A DNA stretch of 63,170 nt, filler included, from Octopus bimaculoides (GCF_001194135.2; 5 parts of 4 records of this genome joined end to end with filler, not necessarily neighbours in it), one strand, 5' to 3'; shown: positions 37,880-50,429, counted from the first letter of the whole stretch. Notes: generated by a model from the letters alone, not told the origin. Numbers and translations: made by a program.

Positions 37880-38050
37880 ATTGGATTGGTTTGTAAGTCG
37901 AATTCTACCAGCACAGGGTTATGCTTGAAAGCTTTAAAGTTTGCTTGACGAGAGTAATCCTTCTCGAGAATTCTCGAATATTCTAGAAAATTTCAATTAA
38001 CTTCCGGATGACGTGAAAGTCATGGACTTCCGGTTCATCCCTTATATAAA
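37880..38050 (+). promoter_or_regulatory. Heat-shock-type Pol II promoter
   Basis: Two inverted CCAAT (attgg 37880, 37885); HSE array TTCtcGAGaaTTCtcGAAtaTTCtaGAAaaTTT 37961-37993; two ACTTCCGG ETS sites; TGACGT; TATATAAA 38043-38050. Confidence 0.75.
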
Positions 38051-38072
38051 GCGAATGCAATTCTAATTTCGC

Positions 38073-38147
38073 CTTTTGCCTGTCGGTTCTTAGGCGTACG
38101 CATTGAGCCACGCAACTCGCACACACAAACTCGCATGTGGTTGCAAG
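38073..38147 (+). other. Putative non-coding first exon
   Basis: Pyrimidine initiator cCTTTT exactly 30 nt after the TATA T; donor AAG|gtatgt at 38147/38148; YY1-like caagatggcg at about 38284. Confidence 0.5.
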
Positions 38148-38339
38148 GTATGTTCATGTAATATGTTACAAGCGTTTTCTTTCAAACTATTCTTATATGT
38201 TAACGTATTACAACCAGTAATAAATATGTTATGACTTATTATGAACATCTCACAAGTTCTTATTTTTCTTGTCGTTTTACGTTCAAGATGGCGACCCCTC
38301 TTTCTCGCATGCAATTGTAAAATTGTAGGTTGTCACATA

Positions 38340-39262
38340 CTGACATCACCACAATCTTGTTTGCTCTGGTTGATACTGTGAGAGCGGGCAGCAGCCTGCA
38401 GTCAGAGGTCTTACAGGGTCTCATTCCTCACATTATAAACTTTGGTACTTGGTTGTTAATTATTGTGAGAGAAATTCAACATCCAAGTACCTATCGCAAA
38501 ATCCTATCTATCCCTGGCAAGCCCAGTTTTGGGGGTTTGTTCTACTCTCATGTCAATTCCAATTTCTCTGGCATATTTCTCGAACTTGACTGTTAGTGTT
38601 CCGAGTGCCCATACAACTACTGGAATGCTAGACACTCTCCTCATAGTCCACATTCTTGCAATTTCGTCTTTTAGTAGTCTGTACTTTTCAATCTTCTCTA
38701 GTTCTTTGTCATTTATGTGTGCATCCCCAGGTATTGTAATATCTATAAATTTGGTTTCCTTTTTTCCTTTATCTACCACAATAATATCTGGTCTAGGCAC
38801 CTTGTTAGGAGTCATATTGGATTGTAAAATCCCACAGTATCTTATATTCCTTGTTCTCGGTGACTCTTTCTGGTGCATGTTCATACCATTTCCGTGCTCT
38901 GTTCAGGTCATACTTTCCACGTAGACGAATTTGACCACGTTATCGTGCCTCCTTTTGTAATGCTTTTGGCCTGCTTGCTACACTCAATCACAGTATGTGA
39001 GATTGTTTTGTTTCTGCTGCCACACATCCTACAAAGACGTGATTCGCTACTCTTATCTATTTGGAACTTGGTGTAATTATTTCTCGGCCCTTGTTCCTGA
39101 GCGTTGCAATCAATTCCTCAGTGCATCCTTTCAGATCACTTTTTCTTAGCCATTTCCAAGTGTTGATCTTGTCTTTTCCTTCGATTTCTCCGAGGTATTG
39201 TCCATGCAGTGATTTCATTTTCCAATTGCTTACTCTTTCATTTTCATCTTGTTTCTTAAATT
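38340..39262 (-). mobile_element. R4/Dong-like LINE 3' fragment (zinc-knuckle region, RLE, 3'UTR)
   Basis: WKWLRKSDLKGCTE; RPDIIVVDKGKKETKFIDITIPGD...EKIEKYRLLKDEIARMW...PVVVWALG. Confidence 0.9.
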
Positions 39263-39291
39263 TATCATTAAAGTTATTATTATTATTATTT

Positions 39292-39772
39292 TATCGTAAC
39301 ACTGGGTAGGTAAAAATGCACCGGAGTCTTTAGTCGTCTGTCAAGTCACAACACGAACCTCAGACAGATAATACTTTCCTTAAGATGTACGCTGTACCCA
39401 ATAAGGTTGCTTTTTTCAAGACATCTATCTTGCATGGGATTTCCAGTTGCCTTAAGTAGTCTTGAAGTTTCAATAGGATTGATCCCAACGCTCTGATCAA
39501 CACTGGTATCACTTTTAAATAACCCTCTCGCATTCTATGCAGTCTTACCATTTCCACTTTCAACCTCTTTACGCGCAAGATTCATATCATTTGGTATGGT
39601 TACATCAATGATCTGACAGTATTTGTCTCTCTTATTCAATATCACAATATCCAGCCGACGGGTTCATCCATGGTTTCTCCTGATGGTAACCGCAATCCTC
39701 TGCAGGCTACTTTCTTCCCACTTTTCATATTAAGTGCTGAGTATTTTGTAATCCTAAATTCTATACCGATGC
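39292..39772 (-). mobile_element. Internally deleted R4/Dong-like copy (RT end fused to RLE)
   Basis: GIEFRITKYSALNMKSGKKVACRGLRLPSGETM joined to (R)LDIVILNKRDKYCQIIDVTIPND...LKKATLLGTAYILRKVLSV*. Confidence 0.8.
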
Positions 39773-39809
39773 CCCATTATTATTATTATTATTATTATTA
39801 TATATTATT

Positions 39810-40705
39810 TCTTTTTATCACAAGTTTTGTTGGATCTCCTGGAGTCTTACATGCGTGGCAGGTTTGCTACCTGCAATCTACGGTACCATTCTTTTCGGTT
39901 ATCTAATACTTTCCTGATTATTCTGGTTGTGCCAAGGTGGCAAATATTTTGTAACTGGACACTCTATTCCAATTTTCTTTATATTGCCCTTGATGTCTTC
40001 GGATACTGATCCCAAGGACTCACCAATAATTGGTACTATCTTCAGCTTCTTCATTTTCCATAGCTGGGCTATTTCGTACTTAAGAGGGTTGTATTTAACT
40101 ATCTTTTCGCCTTCCTTCTTGACTATTCGTGGGTCAAAGGGCCATATAACATCAACTATATAGCATATGTGGTGCATCTTGTCCACCACTACTGTTATGC
40201 TCTAGCACCTGATCTGTTTGGATTGGAAAATCCCAGAGGATTTTGCTAGTCTCCGACTCAACCACTCTCTGCTGTTTGTCCTCGTACCACGTCTTGCCTC
40301 TCTCTAGCCCCCACAGTTTCCAATGTAACACTTTCGCTACCTAATTGTGTCACCACAACTTGTAGTGGTTTGGGGAAAATCTCGGGCATTCGTTCGTGAT
40401 ATGGGTAGTGGGTTCATCCACTTTATTGCATATACAGCACAGAAGAGACACTTGCTCATTCCTAAAGTTGACCCTACAGTTCGTATCCAAAGCTTGGTCT
40501 TGCGCTGCCAGTATAGGGATCCCAGTCTCTTTTCTTAGTGTTCCTTTCATCAGCCAATCGCACCTATTTTTTCCAGTAACTTCTGTTGTGGCCTCATAGA
40601 ATTGATTATGGAGGCCCTTCTTGCGTAGTTTTTCATGTCCTTTATGCGCTTCTTCCTTTGTTTACCCTTGTTTTCTCTGCTTTCAATACTCCCTCTAACT
40701 GGGGA
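39810..40705 (-). mobile_element. R4/Dong-like LINE 3' fragment
   Basis: KKGLHNQF..WLMKGTLRKETGIPILAAQDQAL..CCICNKVDEPTTHITNEC..ILWDFPIQTD..EGEKIVKYNPLKYEIAQLW. Confidence 0.9.
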
Positions 40706-41206
40706 ACGAGGGCACGTTTCCAAAGGTGAATTATTCAAACCCTGAAGAATTCCTCTCAACACATGGCTATGATGCTCCCCCACTACTTCTGCTCGTGATC
40801 AGAGATGCACATATCGTCAACCACTAAGGCACATGCTCAACTCGTTATGGTTAAACAACTGACAAGCAAATCTGTGGTATTGAGCAGAATATTTGCTACA
40901 GCCCATCTTTTATACCATGACAAAACAATGTACATGTATTGTTATTTATATTTATATTAATATTATTAACGAATAAAAAGTTTTGAATGGTACAACGATG
41001 CCCTATAATACAAAAACTGGACTATATACTTGTTGTAATTTAGTTATCTATAGTCCAATGATATTTCGGAATACAATTCCTTCTTCAGATCTTCTTAGAT
41101 GGAGTCTCTGCTATAAACTGTTTACTAACGGCTTTTCTCCCCCCACCCCCGAAGTGTCTCAGTAGTGGTCTCATTAATATTATTATTATTATTGCTTGTA
41201 TTTCAG

Positions 41207-41256
41207 TCTGTCATCTTCTTAAGGGGCAATTAAATTTGATATTTCTTTGTCGCATG
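41207..41256 (+). other. Candidate 5'UTR / start-codon exon
   Basis: Acceptor attgcttgtatttcag, donor ATG|gtaaat. Confidence 0.3.
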
Positions 41257-41351
41257 GTAAATTAGATATTTATCCACTAACATTATCTGTAATTTGCTTT
41301 AAAATTCAGAGAGGGCAGTTGGAGTATTTTTTTTTCTGAATATTTTGTTAT

Positions 41352-42027
41352 TCTTTTACTTGTTTCATTCATTTGAGTGCAGCCATGCTGGAGCACCACC
41401 TTCAGGGGTTTCTTAATCGAACAAATCGACCCCAGGACTTATTGTTTCTAATACTAGCAATTATTCTATCGGTCTCTTTTGCCGAACCGCCAAGTTACAC
41501 GGATGTAAACACACCAACATCGGTTGTCAAGTGATGGTAGGGGGACAAACACAAAGACACATACACATAAACACACACACTCATACATACAGACAAACAT
41601 GGAGTAGATGGACAAGGACAACTGATGAAGGGAAGTATTCTTTGTTGCATGTCTCGTTTCTCTTTGTTTTTGTTTTTTTTTGTTCAAAAAACAAGTTCGT
41701 TTTCTGTTTTCGTCTATGTTTTCGTTTCTCGTTGTGTTTAACGTGTTTTTGTGATGTCCTGTACCCATATATGCATGTATGTATACATATAGATGTAGGT
41801 ATGTACATATATGTATGGATATATGCATATATTTATATATTATTTATATTATTATATATATCAATATATATATATATATATATATACGACCGTATCCTTT
41901 CAGTTTCCATCTACCAAATCCACTCGCAAGGCTTTGGTCGGCCCGAGACTAATGTAGAAGACACTTAACCAAGGTGCCATGCGGTGGGTCTGAACCCAGA
42001 ACCATGCAGCTGAGAAGCAAGCTTCTT
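41352..42027 (-). mobile_element. SINE family A, interrupted at about 41600-41880
   Basis: Tail half 41352-41600 and head half 41885-42027 are collinear with 12825-13233. Confidence 0.8.
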
Positions 42028-42347
42028 TAATATTTCTACATTATAAACAACAAATTTGTTGCCCAAGGAATCAAGAATTTGTAAAAAGTCTAAGAAATTA
42101 CAGAAAAGGCGTCGCCTGTATACATTTGACATCGATAAAGTTGATTAGGCTGTTTAACAAGACAAAAATGTGGTCAATAAAATACTGAGTTCAGAGCATG
42201 TTGTGTGTTATCTATGCTAATTATGCAACCAGGACCACACCCTCACCCTTGATAGACTAGTTGACCGTACACATTAGTGGGTTAGTAAGAAAATTACTGC
42301 AGACTCTATCGATCATCCATTGTCTATCATACGTCAAGGTGGTCTCA

Positions 42348-42378
<31 letters not shown>

Positions 42379-42413
42379 GTGTGCATGTGTATATATATAT
42401 ATGTGTATGTATG

Positions 42414-42483
<70 letters not shown>

Positions 42484-42484
<1 letters not shown>

Positions 42485-42600
42485 TTTTGTTTTTCCTTGT
42501 TTCTGTCAAATGACTGTGCCCATGCTGGAGCACCACCATAAAGGTTTTTTTGTTGAAGAAATCGACTCCAGGGCTTATTCTTTGTAAGTGTAGCAAGTAT
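42484..42600 (-). mobile_element. SINE family A tail fragment
   Basis: catgctggagcaccacc...aaatcgactccagggcttattctttgtaag. Confidence 0.7.
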
Positions 42601-43532
42601 ATGTTCAGTTTGCCTGTTTACCTTTAAATAGATGCACATCGGCTCATACGTTGTTTTCTACAAGTGGTCACATGACCAGGTAACGTGATGGTTGAGCCTT
42701 TCTGGCTCTCATCCCATCATGTGATAGACCAGCTGAGCACAGGAATTTTATGTCTATCTGCCGGGAGCTCACTATCAGCTATATAAGGAAACTTTTCCCT
42801 CTAATTCTTTAGTGAGGTAAGTTGCGCAGCTGAGTTCGGATCTCAGCAAAGAGCAAGTTTTATTTCACAGGTAGCCTTTGATGTGAACGTCTGTTCTTGC
42901 CTTCCAGTAGAAGTTATGTTTCATATTTGTTACCCTGATCTACACCGCATACATCATGTACCAACTGCATGTAGGTAAACAGATAGATAAGTAGATAGGT
43001 ACCTTGGTAATATGAACAGACAAGCATACACACACATACATACATACACAAAAAAAGACGGAAAACATTACCATATACACACACACACACACACACACAC
43101 TCCACACACAAGCATGAACACAAACACAGGAATATGCAGAATACATACATACAAATATACAAACATGCAAACGCACATATATATATGCATACACACACAC
43201 ATGCATACATACATACATATAGATACATACATATATACATGTGTATACATATGCACACTGATGCACCCACATGAGTACAAAGAAGCAAACAAAAAAGAAC
43301 ACCGCTTTGATAACAGACTGAGTCAACAACTATTGAAGAGGTTACAAGAAGCAACGAAAATTTTAGAAAAAATTAAATAAGTAAATGAATGGAAATTGAA
43401 CTGGTGAGAGTATTAATAATCAGAATGACTCGATTCAGACACAACAAAATTCAACACACGAATTCACATAAAGAATCTTTCAAACCAAATACAAAAACGA
43501 AATACATATATATATATGTATAGATTTAAACA

Positions 43533-43682
43533 CGACGGGCTTCTTTCAGTTACCCTCTACCAAATCCACTCACAAAGCTTTGGTCAAGGCTATATGTAGA
43601 AGACACTTGCCCAAGGTACCACTGATCCTGGAACAATACGATTGTGAAGCAAGCTTCTTATCACAAAGCCATGCCTGCACCT
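43533..43682 (-). mobile_element. SINE family A head fragment
   Basis: cgacgggcttctttcagtt..ctaccaaatccactcacaa..gaagacacttgcccaagg. Confidence 0.75.
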
Positions 43683-43949
43683 ATGTACAAATATACCATA
43701 GAGAGTCATGCATACACACATATCATATAGTGTGTTGTAACCCTAAACCACATGGTCTTGAAACAAGCTCCATAGCTACCCAACCCTGACTGTGACTATT
43801 ACATCTTTATTTATAGTGAAAGTATAGCAAATATGTTGTGGTATTTATATACACCAGCCTTACCTGGAGTCAAATTTGTCTTTTGCTCTTTCATAACAGA
43901 CAAAATAAATACCTGTCATGTATTGGAGTCCAAATAAGTGGATTACGTG

Positions 43950-44225
43950 AAGGCGGGTACTTTAGTGATTAGAGTATTGCACTTACAGTTGCTAGATCAT
44001 GAGTTCGATTCCAGGACCGGGCGGTGTCTTGTGCAAAACACTTCATTTCCCGTTGTTCCAGTCCACTCAGCTGTACATGGGTAACCCTGTGACGGATTAG
44101 CTTTCAGGTTAAGGGGAAATTTTGCCCTCCTCACTAAGCCAGCGGGGTGACCACATACGAAAGTTCAAACAATGTGAAGCGCATTGTGACTAGCAATGTA
44201 TAACAACTGATATTCTGGTTGATAC
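43950..44225 (+). mobile_element. SINE family C
   Basis: gagttcgattccaggaccgggc B box; gtccactcagctg body. Confidence 0.65.
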
Positions 44226-44226
44226 A

Positions 44227-44453
44227 GTGCCCCTGGACTGGCTCATGTGCGGGCGACACATGAAATCTTTCGAGCGAGATCGCTGCCGGTGCCCCTGGGC
44301 TGGCTCTTGTGCGGGTGACACATGAGGTTTTTTCGAGCGAGATCCTTGCCGGTGCCCCTGGACTGGCTCATGTGCGGGTGACGCATGAAATTTTTCGAGC
44401 GGGGTCGTTGCCAGTGCCCCTGGACTGGCTCATGTGCGGGTGACACATGAAAT
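44227..44453 (+). repeat. About 62-bp minisatellite, at least 3.6 units, running into a gap
   Basis: Unit gtgcccctggactggctcatgtgcgggtgacacatgaaatctttcgagcgagatcgctgccg. Confidence 0.9.
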
Positions 44454-44553
44454 NNNNNNNNNNNNNNNNNNNNNNNNNNNNNNNNNNNNNNNNNNNNTTA
44501 ATTAATTAANNNNNNNNNNNNNNNNNNNNNNNNNNNNNNNNNNNNNNNNNNNN

Positions 44554-44614
<61 letters not shown>

Positions 44615-45056
44615 AAGAAACACACATATATACAACTATACTTACATTCAAACATACAGAAAGAGACATATACAATTAGATGACTGTGGTCATGCGTTTC
44701 ACAACAACAGACCACATATTATACTTCTCTTTAACGATGAGAAACATTATTCTGAGCTAAATGTGAGGACATCTCGTCTATTGAATGGTTTAGCGATGTA
44801 CAAATTAAATGTATGCCAAAATTTTAACGACAGTGAATGAGTAGTGCGCACGTGAATAGTATTGAATAGTCTAGAACAGCATGGCTGTTTTAACCCACCA
44901 ACTCATCATATGAATTCTTTTTATCCGCATCTGATATTTATGCTATCTCTGTATTTAACTTTGTACCACATCTCCATCGACCTCTTTTCGCTTAATTCCT
45001 CTATCCATGCGTGTATATATACGTGTGTGTGTGTGTGTTTGTCTGTCTGTGTGTAT

Positions 45057-45132
<76 letters not shown>

Positions 45133-45359
45133 ATATATGAGTATTCTCGTACGACGCATGCGTTTAAGAACTCACTTCGTTCTCTTATACATATTTATAC
45201 ATTTACACCTAAACTTGTATATATAAATATTGATATATCTCATTATGGAAGGAAAGTGCAGAGAGAAACATGTTCATGTTCCTACACACATTCAAACGCA
45301 TATAGGTATATATGCTGGCATGTACGTACATATATATATATATATATATATGTATGTAT

Positions 45360-45414
<55 letters not shown>

Positions 45415-45422
45415 GCTTATAT

Positions 45423-45473
<51 letters not shown>

Positions 45474-46099
45474 ATACACACATTATGTATACATATATCC
45501 ATATGCTGACGTACACAAATTCATGAATACACATAAATATATATATACGTACGTAGGTATTTAGTTATATAGTCTGAAACAAAATATAATATCGATTTCT
45601 AGAAATTTCCTTTATAATATAACAACATGGTAGTGTAAATTAACTGCTGGTTTTGGAATATAATCAGAAGTTTCGTGAAGTTATAAATCGAGCTGTGTGT
45701 CTGCATTAGGCACTGTCGGATACATAGACATATGTCTATAGACACGAATGATTAGAGCTCTTGTTTTGAAAGCTTTGCGAGTGTAATGGAAAAATCAATT
45801 TAATATTCGCATCGAGATCTACATAGTGGTATGTAAATACGCGTGCGTATGCGTGCATATTTGGGTGTGAATGAGTGCGTGCGTATATGTGTATAGTCAC
45901 GTATATACATANNNNNNNNNNNNNNNNNNNNNNNNNNNNNNNNNNNNNNNNNNNNNNNNNNNNNNNNNNNNNNNNNNNNNNNNNNNNNNNNNNNNNNNNN
46001 NNNNNNNNNNNNNNNNNNNNNNNNNNNNNNNNNNNNNNNNNNNNNNNNNNNNNNNNNNNNNNNNNNNNNNNNNNNNNNNNNNNNNNNNNNNNNNNNNNN

Positions 46100-46133
<34 letters not shown>

Positions 46134-46259
46134 GTGTGCACATGCATGCATGCTGTGAGTAGTATTTAAGGAGATGTTTGAGAAAATAATAAGACTCCAG
46201 TCATGCAAAAACTAAATGTATTTTCATTAAAATTTGCGCACATATTCACGATAAACTTC

Positions 46260-46580
46260 CCTATAAAATTCTTCCTTGAATCTGCGTTCATCATTTATGA
46301 CTATTTCAAAGCAGGACTGGATTTTCTAAATACCTGCACTCAAAGGCATCTTTCAAGTAACCAATGATTTAAGGTGGATTGCAGTTAGTATCCCTCACAA
46401 CTACACTCCAAGCAACGTAGAATATGGGAGTGTAGAGGCAACAATTTCGTGTTACAGAATCGTAAACGTTGTCTGACATCCATACTTGTTTTGCGTGAGC
46501 TTTGTGCGAAGGTATTGTGTCTTCTTGAAACACGTATGTCTTTCTGCTACGTATTTCGTCCATTCGGGGCATAATGAACC
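46260..46580 (-). mobile_element. Tc1/mariner-superfamily (maT/DD37D-like) transposase C-terminal remnant
   Basis: YVFQEDTIPSHKAHAKQVWMSDNVYDSVTRN...FYVAWSVVVRDTN resembles FQQDSAPSHKA..TQ.W..N...W..VE..N. Confidence 0.65.
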
Positions 46581-47537
46581 GAGTATCTTAAAGTTATTAA
46601 TTCTAAGTTCCTGTCGAAGCATGTGAGGCGGCAAAACACAAGCATCTGTCATTCACAATTCCTAAACTCATCAATGTTGCTGGAAATTTAGTGTACATCA
46701 CGGTGGGATATAGAGAAGGGGTCTGCACACATCTGTCTGTCATTTAACGAGCTAGACTTTTGGCTTGGTAGAATATTTTATCATCAAAGAAGAACCAAAG
46801 GATCCCATGGTCGTAAGAGATTTTAATGTTGGGGCAGACCAAAAGGCATTCCTGTGTCTCGTGTCTTTGCAGATATTTTCTTCGCCTTACTACACACTTT
46901 GTGTATGGTATGTCTTCCTGCTCCACAGTTCTGATATCTACAACGCCTCCTTGGCGATCAGCTTTATTAATTTTCCGGCATCGTTTTCGACAATATTTTA
47001 AATAAATTGTAGTATCCATATAGTTTTGGATCTTTGGATGCTTGTGGGGAATATAACCTTTTACTTTGAGAATATGAAAGTTAGAATTCTGTTTTCAGTC
47101 CAGCATTTAAACCTTTCTAATTAGGTGTGTCACCTTTTAGTTATAGGAACTTTCAAAGGGCCACAATAGAATTATGTTCCTGTTAAAGTCTTTAGTTCGC
47201 CACCGAGTTTCTTGTTGATGCTATTTAGGATATTTTACCTGTTTGTATTGGGAAGAAAGAGATTATAATTTTAAGCATACCATAGTGTTGCTAATAGAGA
47301 AATTTGCTTTTAACGTGTTTTAATGTCCAAAACAAGATTTAGGTAGCTGTAAAGGTTGTTGATAAAAATATATCTCCCTCGGTGTTTATTCTTATACAAA
47401 GTTGTTTAATTACTCTTTTGAAATTTTAACCTTTCTGTTTTAGGGACGTGAATCTTTTGTGCTATTTTCATAAATATTCTTCAATTCGGCTCCAAGAGTA
47501 GGCATTTCTTTTATAATGTATTCTTTTTTCGCCAAAG

Positions 47538-47582
<45 letters not shown>

Positions 47583-48859
47583 NNNNNNNNNNNNNNNNNN
47601 NNNNNNNNNNNNNNNNNNNNNNNNNNNNNNNNNNNNNNNNNNNNNNNNNNNNNNNNNNNNNNNNNNNNNNNNNNNNNNNNNNNNNNNNNNNNNNNNNNNN
47701 NNNNNNNNNNNNNNNNNNNNNNNNNNNNNNNNNNNNNNNNNNNNNNNNNNNNNNNNNNNNNNNNNNNNNNNNNNNNNNNNNNNNNNNNNNNNNNNNNNNN
47801 NNNNNNNNNNNNNNNNNNNNNNNNNNNNNNNNNNNNNNNNNNNNNNNNNNNNNNNNNNNNNNNNNNNNNNNNNNNNNNNNNNNNNNNNNNNNNNNNNNNN
47901 NNNNNNNNNNNNNNNNNNNNNNNNNNNNNNNNNNNNNNNNNNNNNNNNNNNNNNNNNNNNNNNNNNNNNNNNNNNNNNNNNNNNNNNNNNNNNNNNNNNN
48001 NNNNNNNNNNNNNNNNNNNNNNNNNNNNNNNNNNNNNNNNNNNNNNNNNNNNNNNNNNNNNNNNNNNNNNNNNNNNNNNNNNNNNNNNNNNNNNNNNNNN
48101 NNNNNNNNNNNNNNNNNNNNNNNNNNNNNNNNNNNNNNNNNNNNNNNNNNNNNNNNNNNNNNNNNNNNNNNNNNNNNNNNNNNNNNNNNNNNNNNNNNNN
48201 NNNNNNNNNNNNNNNNNNNNNNNNNNNNNNNNNNNNNNNNNNNNNNNNNNNNNNNNNNNNNNNNNNNNNNNNNNNNNNNNNNNNNNNNNNNNNNNNNNNN
48301 NNNNNNNNNNNNNNNNNNNNNNNNNNNNNNNNNNNNNNNNNNNNNNNNNNNNNNNNNNNNNNNNNNNNNNNNNNNNNNNNNNNNNNNNNNNNNNNNNNNN
48401 NNNNNNNNNNNNNNNNNNNNNNNNNNNNNNNNNNNNNNNNNNNNNNNNNNNNNNNNNNNNNNNNNNNNNNNNNNNNNNNNNNNNNNNNNNNNNNNNNNNN
48501 NNNNNNNNNNNNNNNNNNNNNNNNNNNNNNNNNNNNNNNNNNNNNNNNNNNNNNNNNNNNNATATATATATATATAGGGTAAAACATTTATGAGTGCGTG
48601 CGTTACATAAATAATATTTTCAGGATTAAATAAGACAACAAACGGAAAATATGCCATACCTATATATATATATATATGTGTGTGTGTGTCTGTGTGTATG
48701 TATGTATGTATGTAAGTATGCATGTATGTATGTATGTATGTATGTATGTATGTGTGCGTATATACAATAACATGTAATAAATAAACAAATGAATATATAC
48801 TAAATACACAGCCGAGCAGAAAGCACAGGTCACCAACTCTTCATCGTATATCTGCTGAT

Positions 48860-50236
48860 TTAATGCTTCGTAGCATAACTATTATTCAGTACCACTTTAA
48901 CCAATCTCTTCCTGTTGTTCTTAATCAATGACTCGCATCTTTCTTTAGGAATTTTTCCGCATTCTTTTCGACAAATTTTCTTCAAATCTTGAATGAATTT
49001 TAATTTTCAAATAACGCCACAAATTTTCAATGGGGTTCAAGTTAGGTAACTGGCTTGGCCATTCTAATAATTTTATATTGTGATTGACAATCCATTTTTT
49101 TTGGTAGACTTCACCGTGTGCTTAGGGTTATTATCTTGTTGCAAAACGCGCCCTTCACAAAGCTTGAGCTTTTTTACAGGGTCCCATAAATTATTGTTCA
49201 AAATATTTTGGTACATCTCTGCATTCATTCTACCATCTATCACATGTTAACTGCCAGTGCCATTTGCAGAGAAACACCCCCCCCCACATCATGATGTTGC
49301 CACCTCCAAACTTTATGGTAGGAATTGTGTTTTTCGACGAATAGGTGGTACCATCTTTCCTCCAAACATGGCTACGCGAATTTCGTCCAAACAATTCAAT
49401 TTTCAACTCATCTTTCCATAGAACATTTTCCCAGAATGTATCCGATTTATCTTTATGTTCATAAACAAATTTTAAACGGGTATCTCTATGCCTTTTAGTC
49501 AACAGCAGAGTTATTCTAGGAGAGCATGACTTCAGTTCATTCCTATGAAGTTCATTGCTGATTGTTCGCAGTGTAACACTAGTCCCTGAAGCTAACAAAT
49601 CCTCTTGAAACTCTTTTCTGGTGATCATTGCATTTTTTTTTATTCTTTGCTTCATTTTTCTTAAAGATGTAGGGGAAATCTTGTGTGGTGCACCAGATCT
49701 TATTCTGTTTTCAACAGTTCCCGATTTTTTATATCTTTGAATAAATGAAGATATGGTAGAAAATGGAATACAAAGGGTCTCTGTTATTTTCTTGTTACTT
49801 TTACTGTAACTTTCCACTGTTTAATAATTAAGTTTTTCACTGAATTTGTGAGTTCTTTACCTTTCGCCATTATTACGGCACTACTTTATGTTGTCTCAGT
49901 GCTGAATTAAGAAGCTAGCGTTTTGACACTTAAAATGACTACTGATAAGATTGTTGGAACAAACGAGAAAGTTCTAGTAAAAAAAAACAACTTATTTTAA
50001 CAGTATTTTGTGGCATAGAAAGTCATAAATTTATTCTGTACGAATACTTTTTTCGCACCTAAATATTTATAATTGTATATAAATTCCTTAGTTACTATAA
50101 TTTATTAGTTTCTTCTGCATATTCTTAGTTTATGCATGTGTATGCAAATATAGTAGTGGTATATCCCATTCATGTTCATTAGAAGTTAAATAAATAAAGA
50201 ATTTTGACATGTACGAATATTTATTTCCCCCCACTG
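48860..50236 (-). mobile_element. Tc1-family transposon with frameshifted transposase; one end retained
   Basis: TA|cagtggggggaaataaatattcgtaca end at 50236; HTH region, RSGAPHK, VLWKDELKIELFG, KFGGGNIMMWG, LQQDNNPKH, WPSQLPNLNPIENLW; no matching TIR found at the other end. Confidence 0.9.
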
Positions 50237-50429
50237 TATATANNNNNNNNNNNNNNNNNNNNNNNNNNNNNNNNNNNNNNNNNNNNNNNNNNNNNNNNNN
50301 NNNNNNNNNNNNNNATATATATATATATACAGTTGTGAGTCTATGTGAATGCGTGCGTGTGTTCCCATCCCTCCCCGCTGTATGGTTTGTTTACGCTTCT
50401 TGTGCATTAAGGTGTCGACAAAAGAGAGT

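Noticed and set aside
38284-38300. tggcgacc as an LTR primer-binding site, making 37900-38285 an LTR
   Set aside because: The match to a tRNA 3' end does not extend beyond about 7 nt, there is no TG start or gag downstream, and caagatggcg fits a YY1 motif; kept only as an alternative
42914-43380. ORFs rich in YI, CV, TH or MYVC repeats (here and throughout)
   Set aside because: Translations of AT, GT, AC and ATGT microsatellites
44227-44453. CRISPR-like interpretation of the 62-bp array
   Set aside because: Units are contiguous with no unique spacers; eukaryotic context; no cas genes
46800-47040. Possible piggyBac C-terminal remnant (RRRCRYQNCG...KAKKIS)
   Set aside because: Too few conserved cysteines and no DDD-domain or TTAA end seen
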